From: an uncultured Verrucomicrobiae bacterium | GTDB taxonomy: Bacteria; Verrucomicrobiota; Verrucomicrobiia; Chthoniobacterales; JAFAMB01 | Direction of reading: 5' to 3' | DNA: 64,000 bases | NCBI GenBank assembly: GCA_963762565.1 | Contig: CAVXLD010000003.1 | Span: 512,001 to 576,000, forward strand | Shown: piece by piece, positions 10,180 through 19,806 of the stretch | Layout of the letters: each line of letters opens with the position of its first letter | Numbering within the stretch: the first letter of the stretch is position 1 | Notes under the pieces: model-generated | Database searches by the model: none | Told to the model about the DNA's origin: nothing | Seen by the model: only the letters and a program-made list of their open reading frames with translations | Translations under genes and position numbers: made by a program

Positions 10180-11064
10180 ATGAAACCGAAACTGGCTGCT
10201 TTTCCCAAGTGCTTCATACAAGAACTCTGTGTTCGACACACGATGACGCTGGTCGATTGGATCGAAATGGCGTCCACTCTTGCGGTCGATGGGCTTGAAT
10301 TTTATTCCGGGTTCTTGAACGACGATCAGGCGTTTCTCGGCCAGGTGAAAGATCGCCTGCAAAAGCATGGGTTAGAAATGCCGATGCTGTGTTGTTCACC
10401 GGATTTTACGCAGCCGGATCCCGAACTGTTGAATGTAGAAATCGAACGGGAAAAGCGGATGATCGAGCTGACTGCATTTCTTGGAGGAAAGTTTTGTCGC
10501 GTACTTTCAGGCCAACGCTATCCAGGTCTGTCGCGTGAAGCCGGCGTATCTCAGGTAGTAAAAATTATCAAGTCACTGTTACCTTTTGCAGAGAAGCAGG
10601 GGGTCGTCCTAACCCTGGAGAACCACTATAAAGATAGCTTTTGGCGGTACCCCGAGTTCGCCCAAAAGATGGATGTTTTCCTGGAGATTGTGGAACAGAT
10701 CGATTCGCCTTGGTTCGGAGTGAATTTCGATCCTTCCAACACGATGTTAGCCGGTGAAGATCCAATCCAACTCCTTACAAGGATTAAACATCGGGTGGTA
10801 TCGATGCATGCCAGCGACCGTTATCTCACCAGCGGCACGCTCGAAGATTTACGTAAAGAAGAGAACGAGATCGGCTACGCCAACCGCCTGGCGCATGGCG
10901 TCATCGGGAAGGGACTTAATGACTATGACACTATCTTCACAATATTGCGTGAAGTTGGATTTAACTCATGGATCTCTATCGAAGACGGGATGCACGGGAT
11001 GGACGAACTGAGTGAGTCAGTGCGCTTCTTGAGGTCAAAAATAGATCAATATTTCGGCGCCTAA
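10180..11064 (+). CDS. Sugar phosphate isomerase/epimerase (AP endonuclease 2 TIM barrel)
   Basis: LENHYKD, VNFDPSN, MHASD and ISIED metal-binding motifs. Confidence 0.85.
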   Translation: MKPKLAAFPKCFIQELCVRHTMTLVDWIEMASTLAVDGLEFYSGFLNDDQAFLGQVKDRLQKHGLEMPMLCCSPDFTQPDPELLNVEIEREKRMIELTAFLGGKFCRVLSGQRYPGLSREAGVSQVVKIIKSLLPFAEKQGVVLTLENHYKDSFWRYPEFAQKMDVFLEIVEQIDSPWFGVNFDPSNTMLAGEDPIQLLTRIKHRVVSMHASDRYLTSGTLEDLRKEENEIGYANRLAHGVIGKGLNDYDTIFTILREVGFNSWISIEDGMHGMDELSESVRFLRSKIDQYFGA

Positions 11065-11378
11065 GGAAAGGTTAGCTTTGTCCCGGAGTGACTGGATGAT
11101 AGTAGCCCGACTCCGCAAGGCCTACGTCGCGATCGCTGGGGTTGGTCGTGCAAAATCAAAAGCTTCGGGTGCGCCGTAGTCTGCGAAGGCGACCTGGCAG
11201 TTTACTGCCTGGAATAGGTAAGAAAAATGAGTCCGTCTCGTAGAGATGGTTTGATCTCATTGGTTCTGGTGCGGCTTCATTTGGCATATCAAGATCCGGC
11301 AGGCTGAATCACACCGTCCCTACGGGACGAAGACATCCGGGCCCTTAGGTTGACGCGCGTGGGCAGCCACCGGACCGG

Positions 11379-11828
11379 TCAGTCGAGGATAGCGCCGGTG
11401 AGGTACTGTTCGAGGTTATCGATCGTCTCTGCCTGGGCCGAAATGAGGCACTTAACCAGATCACCGATCGAGAGAACTCCGACCATCTTAGCTCCTTTTA
11501 TGACCGGCAGATGTCGCACCCGCTCTTCGGTCATAACTCGCATGCAATCGACCACCGAGTCGGTCGGATCTGCGGTTACGAGATCCTGAGTCATTATCTC
11601 CTCCACGCGAGTCTCCTGTGAGGATTTTCCCTTGAGGATGACTTTCCGGGTATAATCGCGCTCGGAGATGATTCCAATCAGCCTGTTGTTTTCTAACACC
11701 GGGAGGGCTCCGATGTTTTTGTCCGCCATCAAGGCGATGGCGTCGAATACCATCGCGGTTGGTGCTATCGACCACACGGTCGAGCCCTTTCGCGCCAGAA
11801 TCCCGCTGATCGTGCCAGCGATTTTCAT
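11379..11828 (-). CDS. CBS domain-containing protein
   Basis: IGALPV, GIISERDY, RVRHLPV, LSIGDLVK. Confidence 0.95.
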   Translation of the reverse strand: MKIAGTISGILARKGSTVWSIAPTAMVFDAIALMADKNIGALPVLENNRLIGIISERDYTRKVILKGKSSQETRVEEIMTQDLVTADPTDSVVDCMRVMTEERVRHLPVIKGAKMVGVLSIGDLVKCLISAQAETIDNLEQYLTGAILD

Positions 11829-11908
11829 GTGTTACCTTCGGCCCGGCGGAGGAAGGATTCAAAAACAATCTGGGGGCTGAAAGAAAAATCGATCCCGCGG
11901 CGCTAACT

Positions 11909-12415
11909 CTAATGTAAGCCGCTTAGCTGTCGCTTTACTTTGTGGCCGGTTACAATGTCGGTGGGGTCTGCCTTGGTACCTTGGACGGTTACTTCTATCC
12001 AATCAGGAGGGGAGATCGTGAAATCGCGCTTAATAATCGGTCCGGTAAAATTATCTAACTGCAGGAATTTGTTGGTTGTGCGGTTGTAAAAGTAGGTTTG
12101 CCAATTCCATGGGGAATGGCCGCCGGAACTGGCCGTGCTGCACACGAAGAACTGGGAATCTGGTGTCCAGGCCGTCTTCTGAAGATTCCGGCCGTTGGAT
12201 TGGGTACTCGACCGGAAATTGTCGGTAGCAAGAACGCGATTACTTACATCGTGAATTTCGACGACAGATTCATTCAGGGGGGAAGGATTCCCGAACGACG
12301 AGATACAGGCCATCAGCTTTTGGTCCGGTGATGTTACTCCATCACAATTCCACTGAGATTGATGAGCGCAGCCCGCCGATAAAGTTATCAAGAGCAGGGG
12401 TAGAAAGGGGCGCAT
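11909..12415 (-). CDS. Hypothetical lipoprotein (beta-rich, PD40/WD-like)
   Basis: MRPFLPLLLITLSAGC lipobox; SPDQK and WTPDSQFF motifs. Confidence 0.65.
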   Translation of the reverse strand: MRPFLPLLLITLSAGCAHQSQWNCDGVTSPDQKLMACISSFGNPSPLNESVVEIHDVSNRVLATDNFRSSTQSNGRNLQKTAWTPDSQFFVCSTASSGGHSPWNWQTYFYNRTTNKFLQLDNFTGPIIKRDFTISPPDWIEVTVQGTKADPTDIVTGHKVKRQLSGLH

Positions 12416-12512
12416 ACAAACTGCCAACAACCTGCCACGGGTTGATAGGAACGCCAATACTAAATAGGGTGGAATACCTTGATTGTGAGTCACTTATAGG
12501 CAATGCTACGCT

Positions 12513-12886
12513 CTATGTTGCCAACCGCTCGGAGTCGGCCTCGCAAGCGAGGCGCGCTCCACAACCAGGCGTTGGCGAAGTCGGAAGGGCTTGGATCAAA
12601 TGGCGAGATGCCGAGGCTCTGATGCGAGCTTATGCCGGCGGGGCGGTAGGGGGGAGCGCATTAAATGAGGATCTGCCTTCGGCGCTCCTCGATCTAATAA
12701 AGGAGCAAAAAGAGTATCTCCAGAGCCTCCTTGAAGGCAGTTAGCAAGGAGCTCGGAGCTAGAATCTAGGAGCTAGGAGGCGGTGTCGCGGCTCCATCGT
12801 AATCGTCGTCCTTCCGCCTTCGCCAACGTCCCGGTTGTGGAGCGCGCCTCGCTTGCGAGGCCGACTTCCAGCGGTTGGCTACATAG
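12513..12886. repeat. About 76-bp inverted repeats (12513-12588 and 12810-12886) containing the REP ggagcgcgcctcgcttgcgaggcc; REP also near 16360, 19489, 19655, 22756, 23083, 26890
   Basis: Arms are reverse complements with few mismatches. Confidence 0.85.
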
Positions 12887-12951
12887 ACCCTGGGCTACGG
12901 CGAACAGGCTGTCCTCATTGGGGCGTGGCACGTCGATTCGATAGGCGGTTC

Positions 12952-13237
12952 CCAGCGCCTGGAGGGGAGCCGCTTTGGCGCGAAGCAGACGGCCTCGCAA
13001 TAGTTGTTTCAGCGCTCAATCCGGCTGAGAAATGTCGCAACAGGCGGCTCCCGGGAATAACCCAGGGCAATGTTTTATCTGTGGCTCGGGATCGTTTACA
13101 CCTGGCCACAAAGCTGCGAAGCGCTGGATTATTCCCGGGAGCCGCCTGTTTTTGCACGTTTCGGCCGGATTAGTGTTGGGACGAATTCGCGAGGGTGGAA
13201 AGGTAATGCGCCAAAGCGGCTCCCCTCCAGGCGCTGG
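12952..13237. repeat. About 285-bp four-REP BIME-like element; other copies at 22800-23065, 43883-44159, 52064-52363
   Basis: ggaggggagccgctttgg ... gcggctcccgggaa ... ttcccgggagccgc ... ccaaagcggctcccctcc in conserved order and spacing. Confidence 0.9.
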
Positions 13238-13519
13238 ACAGCTTGCCGACCGGAAGGAGTTAGCACTGATGTGTAACAGCCTAATCGGAATAAATCCGTT
13301 TGGCCCTCGGCCCGCATAGTGACGATCTTTATCGCCAATCCAGGGAGGGCTTCGGCTAATTTGTCCCGTAGTTCGTTAACTCTGGAATCGATGTCCCAGC
13401 TCGAGACTCCTTTCGTTTGCCCTACGCGGATTTTCGTCACCCGGAGTACATTGGACTTTTCGTCGGATTCCACCCTGATTATGCTTGGAGGGGAAAGGAA
13501 ACGTAGGGGGCGAGAGTAA

Positions 13520-13749
13520 CTGCGGCGGTCAATCGAAATCTCCGAGCGATCGACACATCGGCAGCTATGGCGAGAGCGCGGCCGCTGGCTTCTATGAATC
13601 GTTTCGACCACAGAAGCCGCCTCTTCAGCGCGTTCGCGATAGTTCACGGCGACCCCGGCACCCAAGTTAGCGAGCGCTAAAGCAATCGCCTTGCCGATGC
13701 CGCGCGAGCCGCCGGTGACCAACGCAATCCGGTTATTTAATCCTGACAT
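13520..13749 (-). pseudogene. Truncated short-chain dehydrogenase (FabG-like N-terminus)
   Basis: MSGLNNRIALVTGGSRGIGKAIA...VAVNYR, then a frameshift; no YxxxK region. Confidence 0.8.
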
Positions 13750-13889
13750 TTCGAAGAAACTTTCACAGCAAGATCGCAAAGGCCACAAAGACTTCTTTAA
13801 ACAGGAGGCTTTGACGACAACCGCGAATGGACCCGCGTTCGCAAGGCCGACGGCGTGGCAGGCCGCGAATTAACAACCAATACAAACCC

Positions 13890-14004
13890 AACCGCAGATT
13901 AAGCAGATGTACGCAGATTATAGTCAGGGGCGTAGCCGGAGCCCAGAGTCAAAATCTGCGTAAATCTGCGTCCATTTCACCCCGGAGAATTTCGGGGCTG
14001 CGGT
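13890..14004. repeat. REPIN-like element family A; other copies at 49090-49206 and 49688-49804 (inverted)
   Basis: accgcagatt..gcagatgtacgcagatta[g/t]agtca..ggcgt...aaaatctgcgtaaatctgcgtccat...ctgcggtt shared by all three. Confidence 0.9.
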
Positions 14005-14069
14005 TTCTTTTCCCTTTGTCGCGTTCCATACGCAGTTCTCGTCGGCTGGGGAGCGCCTTCCTTAGCGCT

Positions 14070-14501
14070 TCATTGCGCCTCGTCTGGAAGGGTTGCTTCC
14101 GGATCTCCCGGCCGATGGAACGCCTGAAAGTTTGCCACATCCAGCGTATAGATGCGGTCAGCTTTGGCTTTGCGTGCTGCCGCGAGGTGCAGATAGTCGT
14201 AAATCGCGGCACCGCGTACTCCGTGCAAGGGAGCCTCTTTAAGGCTGGCGATCAGTTCTCTGGCGGACAGCGTAACTACTTCAACATTAGGGAGCACGCT
14301 TTGCTCAAGGAGCTGGATCGCGATTTCTGGCGACACTCGAAAACCTAATCGACCGCCGGTTAAAACACTGTAGACTTCGCCTAGGGCATGCGCATAGACA
14401 TGCTTCCGAGGCGGATCAAGCAACTGTCCACAGGCATCATGGTGCAGCTCAGCCTCAACCAGAGCGGCGATCAAAACCGATGAATCTAACGCCGCACTCA
14501 T
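14070..14501 (-). CDS. vapC: PIN-domain toxin (VapC family)
   Basis: LDSSVLIAAL, E in ALGEVY, IYDYLHLAAA, YTLD; ATGA overlap with the antitoxin stop. Confidence 0.85.
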   Translation of the reverse strand: MSAALDSSVLIAALVEAELHHDACGQLLDPPRKHVYAHALGEVYSVLTGGRLGFRVSPEIAIQLLEQSVLPNVEVVTLSARELIASLKEAPLHGVRGAAIYDYLHLAAARKAKADRIYTLDVANFQAFHRPGDPEATLPDEAQ

Positions 14502-14779
14502 CTTGATCGACGCACCCGTCGAATAACCTGTTGGTCTTGATCCTCGCGGTCTGCTTGGATGGCTTCGGCTGCATTTAGGCCTTTGGGCGGACCAACGATG
14601 ACCAGGCGGTCGCCCCGCCGAGTCACCTTTACCTGGTCGTCCGCCTGGGGCGATAGTTCGATTTTGCTGGCCGAAACCTTTAACATCAACTTCGCGCCCC
14701 CTCGCAAGTGGAGGAGTTCCCGGACCGTCTTTGGCAAGACGATACGTCCGGCTGAGTCCATAGTTATGGTAACGTCCAT
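14498..14779 (-). CDS. AbrB/MazE/SpoVT-family antitoxin
   Basis: ITMDSAGRIVLPKTVRELLHL motif; upstream of and coupled to the PIN gene. Confidence 0.9.
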   Translation of the reverse strand: MDVTITMDSAGRIVLPKTVRELLHLRGGAKLMLKVSASKIELSPQADDQVKVTRRGDRLVIVGPPKGLNAAEAIQADREDQDQQVIRRVRRSR

Positions 14780-15436
14780 ACCATAAATTGTGCCATGGAT
14801 TATGGTTTACGGCAATCCGACCAGCCAGACGGCAAGACAAGACACATTTGAACGGGAGACTTCGACAGCTGGATGACTGCCCGACGGCCATCCGCGTCAC
14901 TAGTCCGCCCAGACCAGATCTCAGAATTCTGGCGGGACGAACATGAAGACAGGTTGATTATCCGCAGATTAACGCAGCCCCGAAATTCTCCGGGGTAAAA
15001 TTACGCAGATTACGGTTTGGGCTCGGGCTCGGCTTTGTCAGATAAATAGATCTTTGTGGCTGGATCAGGTTTTAGTAACCCTGGGCAACGTCCGAACCGA
15101 AAACCGAAATCTGCGTAATCTGCGGATATTAAAAACCCGATCCAACGCTTAATCCGGAGCTGCAACACTTGCCCGACCGCCATCCGCGTCTCTCTGCGGT
15201 TAGGCTTTCATTTGCGCTCTTTTGTTTCGATCGGTGGGTACCGCGGAAGCCTTCTGTTTAAAGTCTGTCTTTGTGGCCTTTGTGATCTTCCTGTGAAATT
15301 TCAGATCCGGTTCGACGAGAGGGCGGAACTAGCTTGACGCCGGGGCATTTTCCCGATGGAATCTTGGATAGCTTTAACTTCCAAACGGGTCCTCGGTTTG
15401 GCGGTTGTTTTGCTTCCAAAAAAGGGAACCCCCTCC

Positions 15437-16297
15437 ATGAAGATAAGTATTAGTTTCAATAAGAGGCTGCTTATTCGCGCCCTCTGTCTACTCTCAATTA
15501 CTGGTGCCGCGGTTTTGGCCATGCCAACACGGGCCGGCGCCCAGCTCTATGTCAGTCAAGTGCAAGCAGGGATTGTGAGCGAATACAATGCGAGCACCGG
15601 AGCACTCATCAAGGCCGACTTCATAACCGGGCTGAACACCCCTAACGCTCTCTTGCTGTCCGGCAGCGATCTTCTGGTTGCGAACGAAGCCGGATCAGTC
15701 GGTAAATACAACGCATCAACAGGGGCGGCCATTAATCAGAGCTTTATCACGGGCACGAACTTCCAGCCGATCGGCCTTGCCTTGTCGGGTACAGACCTGT
15801 TCGTGGCGAACATCTCCAACGCCACGGTCGGCAAATACAATGCCAGCACGGGCGCGGCGATTAAGGTGCCTTTCATCAAGAAGCTGCCAGCCGCCAGCAG
15901 TATCGGACTCGGAGTGTTCAACACCATTCTTTTCGTGGCGGAAGAGGGCCAGAGCAAGCTTGACAAATACGCCATCTCCACCGGAGCGGCAAAGGCAGCG
16001 CTGACGCTGAAGAAGCCGAATCCGTATGGGGTTGCGGTCTTGAACGACGACCTTTTTGTGACCAGCTTGAGCGCCGGCACAATTAGTGAATACAACGTCA
16101 AGACGGGAGCGGCGATTAAAGCTAGCTTCATTACCGGGCTGAATTTTCCGACCCAAATCGCTATACTAAACGATACCCTCTACGTGGTTAACTATGGCGG
16201 CGGTACGGTTGGTGAATACAATGCCAAAACGGGAGCAGTGATTAACGCCAGCCTCATCTCGGGACTAACCGCACCTTGGGGAATCGCCGTTCAGTAG
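15437..16297 (+). CDS. Secreted beta-propeller repeat protein (NHL/YncE-like)
   Basis: Signal peptide followed by about 6 repeats of LFV...G.V..YNA.TGA.I...FITGL..P.GIA. Confidence 0.8.
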   Translation: MKISISFNKRLLIRALCLLSITGAAVLAMPTRAGAQLYVSQVQAGIVSEYNASTGALIKADFITGLNTPNALLLSGSDLLVANEAGSVGKYNASTGAAINQSFITGTNFQPIGLALSGTDLFVANISNATVGKYNASTGAAIKVPFIKKLPAASSIGLGVFNTILFVAEEGQSKLDKYAISTGAAKAALTLKKPNPYGVAVLNDDLFVTSLSAGTISEYNVKTGAAIKASFITGLNFPTQIAILNDTLYVVNYGGGTVGEYNAKTGAVINASLISGLTAPWGIAVQ

Positions 16298-16464
16298 CCC
16301 CCTGACACCCTGGCGTGAGAGGTGAGAGGTGATCGGGGGAGGCGCGAAGCGCTGGCCCGTGGAGCGTTGCCTCGCTTGCGAGGCCGTGTGAGCAGCGCCG
16401 GACCGCACATCAGGTCCTTATTTTTTTGCGCTCTATGTTATAGCTCAAAAGCTTTGTCTTCGTT

Positions 16465-16878
16465 CTACGGCCCGCCGTCGTTAACTATGCGTTCAACCTG
16501 CGGTACAACGGACGGGTCACCGAACTTCTTTTGTAGGGCGTCAGCCAGATCTTTGACGAAAGTCTTTCCTTCTGCCGATCGCGACGAAGTGTCAATGCTT
16601 ATGTCATAAAAATACTTGCGTGCCTCGGGAGTTGGAAACGAAACGAGCGCGACGACGTTCCCCCGCCTTACGTTTATGCGCCGCCAATTGCCGCCTTGCG
16701 GTAAGCCTTTGGGAGGCAGACTATCAACGGAAACTCCGTTCAACCTACTGACCACGGCAATGACTTCACCCCGTCCAAGGGGTTCCAGGCGGAGCACATT
16801 TACGCCACTCCTCCAGCCGAGCATACATCCTGACAGGAATCCACACAGGAGAAGTAGCGGAACCATTTTTTTGATCAT
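16465..16878 (-). CDS. Hypothetical lipoprotein
   Basis: MIKKMVPLLLLCGFLSGC lipobox. Confidence 0.6.
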   Translation of the reverse strand: MIKKMVPLLLLCGFLSGCMLGWRSGVNVLRLEPLGRGEVIAVVSRLNGVSVDSLPPKGLPQGGNWRRINVRRGNVVALVSFPTPEARKYFYDISIDTSSRSAEGKTFVKDLADALQKKFGDPSVVPQVERIVNDGGP

Positions 16879-16886
16879 ACCTACAA

Positions 16887-17285
16887 CTACAACTCGCTCA
16901 TGGGAGTTCTCAGATACACCACGATATCGACCAGACGATTGCTCTCGTCGAAGCCGTACTCCGCTTTTACGCTGTAAGTAGTCAGACCGAAAAGGACCCT
17001 GTAGGTAGACTCAAAACCGAGTCGTTTGACACCAATAGAGGTCACTTCACGTCCTCGGTTCGCCAGATAACGGTACCGATAGACGGGTTGGGTCTGAACG
17101 AGTGGCAATATCGATGGCTCGTGCTCTCGAGCTTCCTTTTCCGCAAATTGTAAGACGGTCCTGAATGGAGTGCCGGCCGGGGTGATTGCCAAAAGCTGTT
17201 GCCTAACGGATTCACTGCTGCTCAGGAATCCTACGCGAAGCGTGTCAGCTCGCTCTTTGCGGCATCCGACAATTAAAGCAAACAA
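16887..17285 (-). CDS. Hypothetical protein (possible lipoprotein; start uncertain)
   Basis: FALIVGC; C-terminal YGFDESNRLVDIVV; 8 nt upstream of the next gene. Confidence 0.45.
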   Translation of the reverse strand: MFALIVGCRKERADTLRVGFLSSSESVRQQLLAITPAGTPFRTVLQFAEKEAREHEPSILPLVQTQPVYRYRYLANRGREVTSIGVKRLGFESTYRVLFGLTTYSVKAEYGFDESNRLVDIVVYLRTPMSEL

Positions 17286-17728
17286 GAGGGCGGAGCTTAC
17301 AACGCTGAGAAACGGATTCGTCGGTAGCCAAATGGCTCTGCGGATTTACGGCGCACGTCGCCACTCTATTTTACCGGCTTCGGCTTCGGAAATCAGAAAA
17401 ATAGGGCGTTTCTATTGACAAAAATGATAGTGCGTCTAACGCGGCGGAGCGGTGGGGTATTTAAGTCTGGCAGCTGCCATAGGCGTCAAGTTAACAGGCG
17501 GTGTGCACGCACCACCCCTTGCGGAGGGGAGCCGCATTAAAATCGTTCCGTCCTTGGACCGAGAAAAAGGAATTATGGCGAGGTGGGCCGAAACGCGTGG
17601 ACTGCTGCGGCTCCCTGTGCGCGCGGAACAACCTAGAGACGTTTTCAACCCCAGATTGTAACTACAGCGCAGTTCGGGGAGAGGGTCGAACGACGCGCTG
17701 ATGGCGCGTCGTTCGAGGATTGGTAAGA

Positions 17729-18616
17729 TCAATAATAGATATTGACCGCGGCGTCGGTGGCGCCGTTGGTGACGACCGTGGTTTGAACACCACAACTGGT
17801 CGCGGCGTTGGTAACTCCCCAGTTAATCGACGGTGTCCCCTTGTTGGTTCGGACGTTCATTTTCGACATCTGGGAGTAGGCGGTGTTAGGAAATTGGGAG
17901 CATTCGTCGACGCTGTAAACTTCGAGGGTTTCGGTGCACCATGTCAATTGCGCGATTTGATTGATCGAGAAATCAGTTCCGCTGATGCCCGTGAATTCAC
18001 AAGTGTAGTCAAACTTCTTGTTGGTTTTTCCGACATAAGTAATGACCCCAGTTAACGACTGACCAACGCTGACTGTGACCAACGATGAATAGTAGGCTTG
18101 GTTTCCAGTTACGTACCAACTAGCAACTGCCCAGTCTTTCCCGCCTCCCGCGGCGCTGGGCCCATATTGTAATACCGGCTGCAGGATGGCCGTGCCGCTA
18201 TTCGGTTCGATAGAGTTAAATTGGAAAAGGGTTTGTCCATCGTAGGTCGAGGGCGCCGGAGGGACAGTCCAGGTGGTGGTAAAAGATTTAACCGGGCTTC
18301 CCGTTCTGTTGAGCCAGCTCGCGTAAGTAATCCAGCCGTTGTCGGTGAACGGAACTCTGGATTCGGTGACGTCCGGAACAGGAAAATCGACGTGGGCGCC
18401 AGTTTTTGGGTTCTCCATGCGGATATGGCCATCCGGCATGGTGGTTAAACTAAACCCTTGTGGAACGAAGTGGACGTTCGCGGCATCCCGATAGCCGAAC
18501 GGAGTCAGCACTTGGGTAGAGCTTTGAGCGGCTGCATTCTGAGGCACCAGGGCGGTTGATAGAGAAAACAGGATAACTCCTGCTGAGATATGATATCCGA
18601 TCGTTTTCAGTAACAT
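17729..18616 (-). CDS. Secreted protein, possibly glutamic peptidase G1/concanavalin-like fold
   Basis: Signal peptide, pro-like region, then GWITYA, TTWTVPPAP, ILQPVLQYG, WAVASWY, TLEVY. Confidence 0.6.
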   Translation of the reverse strand: MLLKTIGYHISAGVILFSLSTALVPQNAAAQSSTQVLTPFGYRDAANVHFVPQGFSLTTMPDGHIRMENPKTGAHVDFPVPDVTESRVPFTDNGWITYASWLNRTGSPVKSFTTTWTVPPAPSTYDGQTLFQFNSIEPNSGTAILQPVLQYGPSAAGGGKDWAVASWYVTGNQAYYSSLVTVSVGQSLTGVITYVGKTNKKFDYTCEFTGISGTDFSINQIAQLTWCTETLEVYSVDECSQFPNTAYSQMSKMNVRTNKGTPSINWGVTNAATSCGVQTTVVTNGATDAAVNIYY

Positions 18617-18770
18617 GGCCGCAGGTTACTGAAAACGAATTAGTCAAGGCAATACGTAAAAGGGCGTAACCGAATAAAATGCCGATTGTTCTTCAACGTC
18701 GCGGACCTGCATCAATACTGAATGAGGCGACAGAGATGTTGTTAGCAATGTCCGGCGAGAAATAGGCAAT

Positions 18771-19391
18771 TCAGTGTTTTTTACCGAATCGATCTTGATA
18801 TTGCCGGGGCTGTTGCTGAGTAGCGTCCGGATGTTCGCTTCGCTCATAATATTTCTGGGGATCAGGTCTTAACGGAAACATGGCTTTTTGGAACATGCCG
18901 CGGGACCTGTCCGGACCGGACATGAGACGGTAGACGGAGAGTTGCTGGTCTTGAAGCCAGTGTAAGGTGCCGAGGCGTTGTTCCGGGTCTTGCAGGTTCC
19001 TGAAAATATCTGATCGGAACCGGTCGTCGAGCAACGTCTCGATTAGCAGAGATGGAACCGAGTCAGTTGGTTCTTGCAGTGATAACAGGTCGTTCCGAGC
19101 CTTATCTACACCCCGTAAACGATTGTCTTCATGAAAGGGTTCGGCGCACTGGACACTCTTGATCAGGCAGAGGGTCTGCCGGTCTTGGCGCCACGCGAGA
19201 ACGTGACAGGTGCCGGATCGTTTTTCGTGAGCGTCTGTAAGGTACACAACGAGAGTGAATGAAAACGGATCCGGCGAGGCGGCAGGTTTAATGACAATGG
19301 AGCCGTACCATTTCATGTAATTGCGGTCCCAAGACCGTAGATCCGTAGTTTCGAGAAATTCGTCGAAGGTTTGTTCGGTTGAATCGCTCAT
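18771..19391 (-). CDS. Hypothetical protein
   Basis: 206-aa ORF with an ATG start and no competing gene. Confidence 0.55.
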   Translation of the reverse strand: MSDSTEQTFDEFLETTDLRSWDRNYMKWYGSIVIKPAASPDPFSFTLVVYLTDAHEKRSGTCHVLAWRQDRQTLCLIKSVQCAEPFHEDNRLRGVDKARNDLLSLQEPTDSVPSLLIETLLDDRFRSDIFRNLQDPEQRLGTLHWLQDQQLSVYRLMSGPDRSRGMFQKAMFPLRPDPQKYYERSEHPDATQQQPRQYQDRFGKKH

Positions 19392-19437
19392 ATTCTTAGT
19401 TCGTTGGGGGTATCTGAGCGTAGCGTTTTTTAAGAAA

Positions 19438-19729
19438 GAATAGCCGCAAAAAGGCGCAAAAGGCGCAAAAAACTAGGGGTCGCCACCCCGTGGAGCGCTG
19501 CCTTGCTTGCAAGGCCGATGGTGAACAGGGAGACACCGCGCGATCCGCTCCTCCATTATCCACGCTCTGTACTGTACCAATAGAGGTCAGACCTCGGACG
19601 ATAGAGCGCAGCATGCACGAAGGTGTTACCTTACAGTATTTCTTTGTTCACCATCGGCCTCGCAAGCGAGGCGCGCTCCACGGGTGGCGACCCTATTTTT
19701 GTGCCTTTTGGGCCTTTTTGCGGCTATTC
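19438..19729. repeat. Nested about 290-bp palindromic intergenic element
   Basis: Outer gaatagccgcaaaaaggcgcaaaa / ttttgcggctattc, then gggtcgccaccc, the REP and atggtgaaca arms, all mirrored. Confidence 0.85.
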
Positions 19730-19806
19730 CTCTTCGGTTTTCGCTCTGTAGGTTTCCCCGATGAGGCTTGCTCAACGACGGACGCATCAATTATAACGCT
19801 GAGCCT

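Larger units (their letters stand above)
13761..15298. mobile_element. Putative non-autonomous cassette bounded by about 52-bp inverted repeats and carrying vapBC
   Basis: tttcacagcaagatcgcaaaggccacaaagac..tttaaacaggaggctt (13761-13811) and its reverse complement at 15247-15298. Confidence 0.5.

Noticed and set aside
12952..13237. Four-REP elements as repeat-spacer arrays
   Set aside because: Repeats alternate in orientation and linkers are homologous between loci (13060-13125 versus 43985-44055), so they are not acquired spacers.
13129..13519. 219-aa ORF as one gene; weak HemC N-terminus resemblance around 13290-13440
   Set aside because: The ORF is a chimera of an SDR fragment, unknown sequence and a repeat. 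The resemblance lacks the RxSxLA motif.
16465..17285. Polymorphic-toxin immunity array or integron cassettes
   Set aside because: No toxin, integrase or recognisable attC sites; only two small lipoprotein-like ORFs.
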